Below are positions 15,634 to 19,642 of a stretch of DNA of 19,642 nt, in pieces; positions within the stretch are counted from its first letter, which is position 1; the number at the start of each line of letters is the position of its first letter. The notes under the pieces were generated by a model. That model was not told where the DNA came from. It was given only the letters and a program-made list of their open reading frames with translations, and searched no databases. The stretch comes from an uncultured archaeon (GTDB taxonomy: Archaea > Asgardarchaeota > Thorarchaeia > Thorarchaeales > Thorarchaeaceae), in NCBI GenBank assembly GCA_964458565.1, contig CAYWJO010000055.1, positions 1-19,642 of the forward strand, written 5' to 3'. The position numbers and the translations under genes are program-made.

Positions 15634-15748
15634 TATAATCAACTACCTATTCTATGGTTCTAGATTTCTTCTATCTTTCGCATTGTCTGTCGTTACCTAT
15701 GGAATACCTTAAGACAACTATATGACTTGTTCAAAACAGCTGGTTCTA

Positions 15749-16654
15749 ATGTCTTCCAAACCACATCCGGACTCACTCAAAGCAGGTCAAATTGCAGGAA
15801 GAGTACTTCATGAGGTATTTAGAGAGGTACGTCCCGGAGTGAAGGTTTTACATATCTGCACACTCGCAGAACATAGAATTGCAGAGTATGGTGCCAGACC
15901 AGCCTTTCCATGTAATGTTTCTATAAACAACGAAGCTGCACACTATTCAAGTCCATACCAAGACACACGGGTCTTTCCTGAACGCGGCTTAGTGAAAGTG
16001 GATCTGGGTGCGAATGTGAATGGTCATCTTTCTGATACCGCAAAGACCGTAGATCTTGATGGATCCTATGAGAAATTTATCATCGCAGCTGAAACCGCAC
16101 TTGATGCAGCAATAGATATTGTTCGTCCTGGAATAAAATTAGGTGACATCGGCGAGGTCATTGAAAAAGCAATCAAAGCAGAAGGTTTGAAACCAGTTCA
16201 TCAACTCTCTGGTCATCAACTCAAACCCAATAATCTGCATGCTGGTAAGAATGTACCAAATGTGAAGATACATGTAACGGAGAAGATGCAACTGGGGGAG
16301 ACCTTTGCAATAGAACCATTTGCCACTGATAGGAGTGGTAGAATCAAGGCTGCTCGTGAGGCATATATCTTCTCCAATGATATACGTAACCGGAAAAAAG
16401 TAGATAGAATAGCTCTACAGGTTCGAAATCTTGCACGGAGGTCATTTGGCACAGTCCCGTGGGCATCAAGATGGTTGTACGACCTGAAAAATGACTTTGA
16501 ATTCGAAATCCCACTGAAGACATTAGTTAGAGTGGGTGCATTTCATCCATATCCCGTACTCCTCGAAGCTGAAGACGGGATGGTGTCACAGGCTGAACAT
16601 TCAGTGTTTGTTTCAGAAGAAGGTGCAATCGTCACTACGAAGTATGATGATTAG
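15749..16654 (+). CDS. map: methionine aminopeptidase, type 2 (paralog A, divergent)
   Basis: Pita-bread fold motifs: FPCNVSINNEAAH, KVDLG...SDTA, LSGH, FAIEPF, AEHS. All five metal ligands (D, D, H, E, E) appear present. ATG 15749 preferred; the alternative ATG 15722 adds 9 aa. Confidence 0.85.
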   Translation: MSSKPHPDSLKAGQIAGRVLHEVFREVRPGVKVLHICTLAEHRIAEYGARPAFPCNVSINNEAAHYSSPYQDTRVFPERGLVKVDLGANVNGHLSDTAKTVDLDGSYEKFIIAAETALDAAIDIVRPGIKLGDIGEVIEKAIKAEGLKPVHQLSGHQLKPNNLHAGKNVPNVKIHVTEKMQLGETFAIEPFATDRSGRIKAAREAYIFSNDIRNRKKVDRIALQVRNLARRSFGTVPWASRWLYDLKNDFEFEIPLKTLVRVGAFHPYPVLLEAEDGMVSQAEHSVFVSEEGAIVTTKYDD

Positions 16655-16713
16655 ATGAACGCGTACATGGAACCGCTTAAGAACTAATTTTGTTGTGACA
16701 AGCTTGTGATAGT

Positions 16714-17607
16714 ATGGTAATGCCAAAACCCCCTCATGTCAAGGCTGGCAAAATCGCAGCACGCGTTCTCAAAGAAATCCGCGGGGAGCTCAAACCTGGA
16801 ATCACTGCTTTGAGGATATGCACCATGGTTGAAAAGAAGATACTTGATTATGGTGGACAACCAGCATTTCCATGTAATGTTAATATTAATCATATTGCAG
16901 CCCACCATACGTCTCCACGAAGAGACCCCACTAAGATTCCTGATTTTGGTCTTGTGAAAATCGACATTGGTGTACATATTGATGGATACATTGTAGATAC
17001 AGCCATGACAATTGATGTTGATGGCACTCTAGAGGGCTTTGTAGCTGCAACAGACGATGCGTTGAATGAGGCAATCGCTATGATTGAGCCTGGTGTGAAC
17101 CTTGGGGATGTAGGACGTGAGATCGAACAGATTATCAAAGCATACGGTCTAAGAGCTATCAAAAATCTCAGTGGACATAGCATCAAACGATATCGTCTAC
17201 ATGGTGGAAAGACCGTTCCAAATACGAAGAAACGTATTCCTGATGTTGTAGAAGTCGGAGACTGTTTTGCAATAGAACCCTATGCAACTACCGGTACGGG
17301 ATATGTAAAAGATACTGACTTTGTCTATATTATGCAAAATACAGGAAAAGATATTGAACTTGAGGGAACTGCAGAGAAATTGCGCCAACATCTCAATGAT
17401 CGTTATGGTCCCTTACCTTTCACCCCAAGATGGATTGGAGCATCTGAGGGTGTGGATGTAGTCGAAGCACTGAAAGAATTACTTCGTGCCAAGATTATAC
17501 GAGGTATTTCAGTCCAAGTAGAAAAGAAGGGGCGCCCAGTGAGTCACACTGAGCACACGATTTTTGTTACGGACGAAGGTGTTGAGGTACTCACCCGTCC
17601 TGATTAG
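16714..17607 (+). CDS. map: methionine aminopeptidase, type 2 (paralog B, more canonical)
   Basis: FPCNVNINHIAAH, KIDIGVHIDGYIVDTA, LSGHSIKRYRLHGGKTVPN, FAIEPYAT, TEHTIFV. All five metal ligands present. Confidence 0.9.
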   Translation: MVMPKPPHVKAGKIAARVLKEIRGELKPGITALRICTMVEKKILDYGGQPAFPCNVNINHIAAHHTSPRRDPTKIPDFGLVKIDIGVHIDGYIVDTAMTIDVDGTLEGFVAATDDALNEAIAMIEPGVNLGDVGREIEQIIKAYGLRAIKNLSGHSIKRYRLHGGKTVPNTKKRIPDVVEVGDCFAIEPYATTGTGYVKDTDFVYIMQNTGKDIELEGTAEKLRQHLNDRYGPLPFTPRWIGASEGVDVVEALKELLRAKIIRGISVQVEKKGRPVSHTEHTIFVTDEGVEVLTRPD

Positions 17608-17975
17608 ATCTCAATCTTATTTTCAGGCTCTTCTCTTACCACATATACTCCCTGTATGGTAAGGCTACCTTGGCACTTTGGACAAGTTGTACCAAGAGGT
17701 TTGAGTATGTAATCTCCGCTTTCGAAGTCACGAATCTCCTTAAACTCACACTCTGGACTATCACACCGAATCTCAGTGACTGTTGGTGGTGGAGGTTTTA
17801 TTGTTGGTTCTTTACCACTTCTGGCTGTAAGAAGACTGAATCCCATCACCATCACTACTGAACCTAGAAAGAGCATCAGGATATCATTTCCAGTTGTCAT
17901 CCCAATATAGAGGATGAAGAATCCTGCACCTGCAAGAGCTATTCCGATTATCTTTGATATAATTCCCATATTCAT
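17604..17975 (-). CDS. membrane protein with C-terminal zinc ribbon
   Basis: 123 aa. Two N-terminal TM helices, a proline linker KPPPPT, then CDSPEC...CPKC. The ATG lies 3 nt downstream of the stop of the upstream gene. Confidence 0.65.
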   Translation of the reverse strand: MNMGIISKIIGIALAGAGFFILYIGMTTGNDILMLFLGSVVMVMGFSLLTARSGKEPTIKPPPPTVTEIRCDSPECEFKEIRDFESGDYILKPLGTTCPKCQGSLTIQGVYVVREEPENKIEI

Positions 17976-17978
17976 CCC

Positions 17979-19118
17979 TCACAGACCAATTCCAATGGTG
18001 TTTCCAATACCGGCTAGTATGACCTTATCTCCAGATTTGGTACGTTTCCTGATGGCAGTCTTAATTCTCTGAAGGACTTCAGGAATGGAATCAAGAATTT
18101 TCTTATCCATCACACCGACTGCTGCAGCTTCATTCTGTTTTATGACTATAGCCTCCATTGCTATCTCGTTTTGAGTTGCAGTATCCTCAATAGCATGCTT
18201 CTCCGGACCTATGTCACCGATTGCTGCACCTGTTCCCTCAGAAACACGTCCAAGATCCTCGCCTTCGAGCTTTAGTGCAGCATCGATTGTGATGATTCTT
18301 GCAATCTTCCCTTTATCTTCAACCAGTTTCTTGATTGCAAATCCAGGTTTTCCTACTGTACCTCCAGGTCCTGTGGCTCGAACTGCATAGACTGTCCGAC
18401 CTTCCACATCAACCTCATAGTAACCAACCTCACGTGAAATCTCATCAATGTAGTTCTCTGCAGTTCCTCCGTATTCTCGAGCTAATTTAGTAACAATCAA
18501 CGGACCAATCCCATCACCGATTGGTTTACTTTCAGAGAATGCATCTATGGCGTCAAAGTAAGCCTTTGCGAGCTGCATTATCTCTGGGAGCTGCATCTGA
18601 ACCTGCATTATTACTATAGTACTGTTTGTCTTCTTTCCAAGAATATAGAAATGTCTCACAATTCGAAAAATCAGGTTAAGGACCTGAGTGACCTCAAGGG
18701 TATTCTCAAGTGACTGACGGTCTGAATGACTTGCATCTGGAGCCGTATCCATAACGAATTCTTCGAATCGGTCTCGCCTCTCATCAAGCAGGTGATCAAG
18801 ACGCTTTAGTATACCTGCAGGATCAAGGTCAACTGGCATAATTGTGAAGAAGTCCATCCATCTATCCAAGTCTTCTCCAATCTCATTCTCATCTCTCCCG
18901 TAACGCTTGAATGTTTCAATTGCTATTTCGCGGGATTTAATGGATAGGGTCTTTAATTCGTGTAATCCTGCCTCAATTTGTTTGAGCATCTGCCAAACCT
19001 GTATTCTTTGCCCATATAGGCTCATGATAATAATGAATGCAAAGAACGCTAGATTGAGTATCCAGCTGAATTCGTTAGTTTCTCCACCAATCTGCATGAA
19101 CATCACTCGGCTCATCAA
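17979..19118 (-). CDS. DUF1512-like archaeal membrane-anchored protein, function unknown
   Basis: About 379 aa. One N-terminal TM helix (WILNLAFFAFIIIMSLY), a helical middle and a Gly-rich C-domain (GDGIGPLIV, ATGPGGTVGKPG, EGTGAAIGDIGPEK). Size and architecture match my memory of the DUF1512 family. The track start is TTG 19118; an ATG follows at 19115. Confidence 0.7.
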   Translation of the reverse strand: MMSRVMFMQIGGETNEFSWILNLAFFAFIIIMSLYGQRIQVWQMLKQIEAGLHELKTLSIKSREIAIETFKRYGRDENEIGEDLDRWMDFFTIMPVDLDPAGILKRLDHLLDERRDRFEEFVMDTAPDASHSDRQSLENTLEVTQVLNLIFRIVRHFYILGKKTNSTIVIMQVQMQLPEIMQLAKAYFDAIDAFSESKPIGDGIGPLIVTKLAREYGGTAENYIDEISREVGYYEVDVEGRTVYAVRATGPGGTVGKPGFAIKKLVEDKGKIARIITIDAALKLEGEDLGRVSEGTGAAIGDIGPEKHAIEDTATQNEIAMEAIVIKQNEAAAVGVMDKKILDSIPEVLQRIKTAIRKRTKSGDKVILAGIGNTIGIGL

Positions 19119-19450
19119 TATTTGTGCTTTAAGGCTATCCTTTGTGGTAGTAGTTGCTTTGTTCTCTTCACCTATGAAAATAAAGTTGTAGAAGGAGGTA
19201 AAAATGTGGCAGCTTATGAGCTTCTCACGGGCTCGCGCACCGCAGATTTCCCATAACGGAACCAGACGTAGTCAGCGACTGAGCATTTCAGAGGCCTTTA
19301 ACTTCTGAGTTCAGCAGAGATCAGGTGTTCCCTGGCTCCTGTGGCCGCCATCAAGAAAGGGATGAATTGATTCCGATTTAAAGCTTGTCTTAGAACGAAA
19401 TTCTCTACCTTGAAGAAGAACCAAAAATTCTATGGTTCTCCCCCTCCTAC

Positions 19451-19636
19451 ATGGGGGAGATTGCTTTGAAGGCCACTGATGGAACAAGCACGTTTGCAAC
19501 GTTTCAGGAGTTGCGGTTGAGCTCTGGGTCTCACACTGGCAAGGACATATGGATCGACGACTATTATGTCAGGAAATATGTGGAGATTGAACCAGGGCAT
19601 GGTGGTTGGGGTGGTGTGGAGGTCCTGTATGCATGA
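19451..19636 (+). pseudogene. LamG/concanavalin-like (DUF2341-type) C-terminal fragment
   Basis: The 61-aa ORF ends ...GKDIWIDDYYVRKYVEIEPGHG, resembling the terminal (I/V)DW(V/I)RVRKY..PEP strand of such domains. An in-frame TAG lies 19 codons upstream of the ATG, so most of a domain is missing. Confidence 0.3.
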
Positions 19637-19642
19637 GGTCGA

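Noticed and set aside
1-19642. CRISPR arrays, tRNA and rRNA genes, origin ORB elements
   Set aside because: I found no regularly spaced direct repeats, no T-loop GGTTCGAAT-type motifs in cloverleaf context, no rRNA-like stretches, and no ORB-like TTCCAGTGGAAA motifs or adjacent orc1/cdc6. This was by eye only; tRNAscan/Infernal would be definitive.

Overview
This looks like an archaeal chromosomal segment: roughly low-40s % GC by eye, purine-rich Shine-Dalgarno-like motifs upstream of starts, and frequent GTG/TTG starts. The left third is the classic archaeal information-processing cluster on the minus strand: eS6, aIF2-gamma, an Fcf1-like PIN protein, Rpo7/RpoE', Spt4, eS24 and eS31/S27ae. 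The S27ae gene is below the ORF-track size cut-off and was found by hand. To the right come: an M50 site-2 protease; a hypothetical ORF whose frame stays open across an in-frame TGA and TAG; a tight NcsA/TtuA-type tRNA thiolase, minimal nucleotidyltransferase and radical-SAM operon; Pelota; a LonB-like AAA+ ATPase with no protease domain or membrane anchor; DnaG, whose conserved N-terminus lies upstream of any ATG/GTG/TTG; a ~1.25 kb gene-poor island containing a GC-rich ORF-poor block and a TnpB-like motif; a UPF0173 MBL-fold hydrolase; two tandem, diverged type-2 methionine aminopeptidases; and a DUF1512-like plus membrane zinc-ribbon gene pair. Decayed LamG-like fragments sit at the right edge. 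I recognised no rRNA, tRNA, CRISPR array or intact mobile element. Most of the window is housekeeping. The unexplained pieces are the thiolase-NTase-rSAM operon, the protease-less Lon-like ATPase, the stop-interrupted ORF, the DnaG start problem and the 13.7-14.96 kb island.
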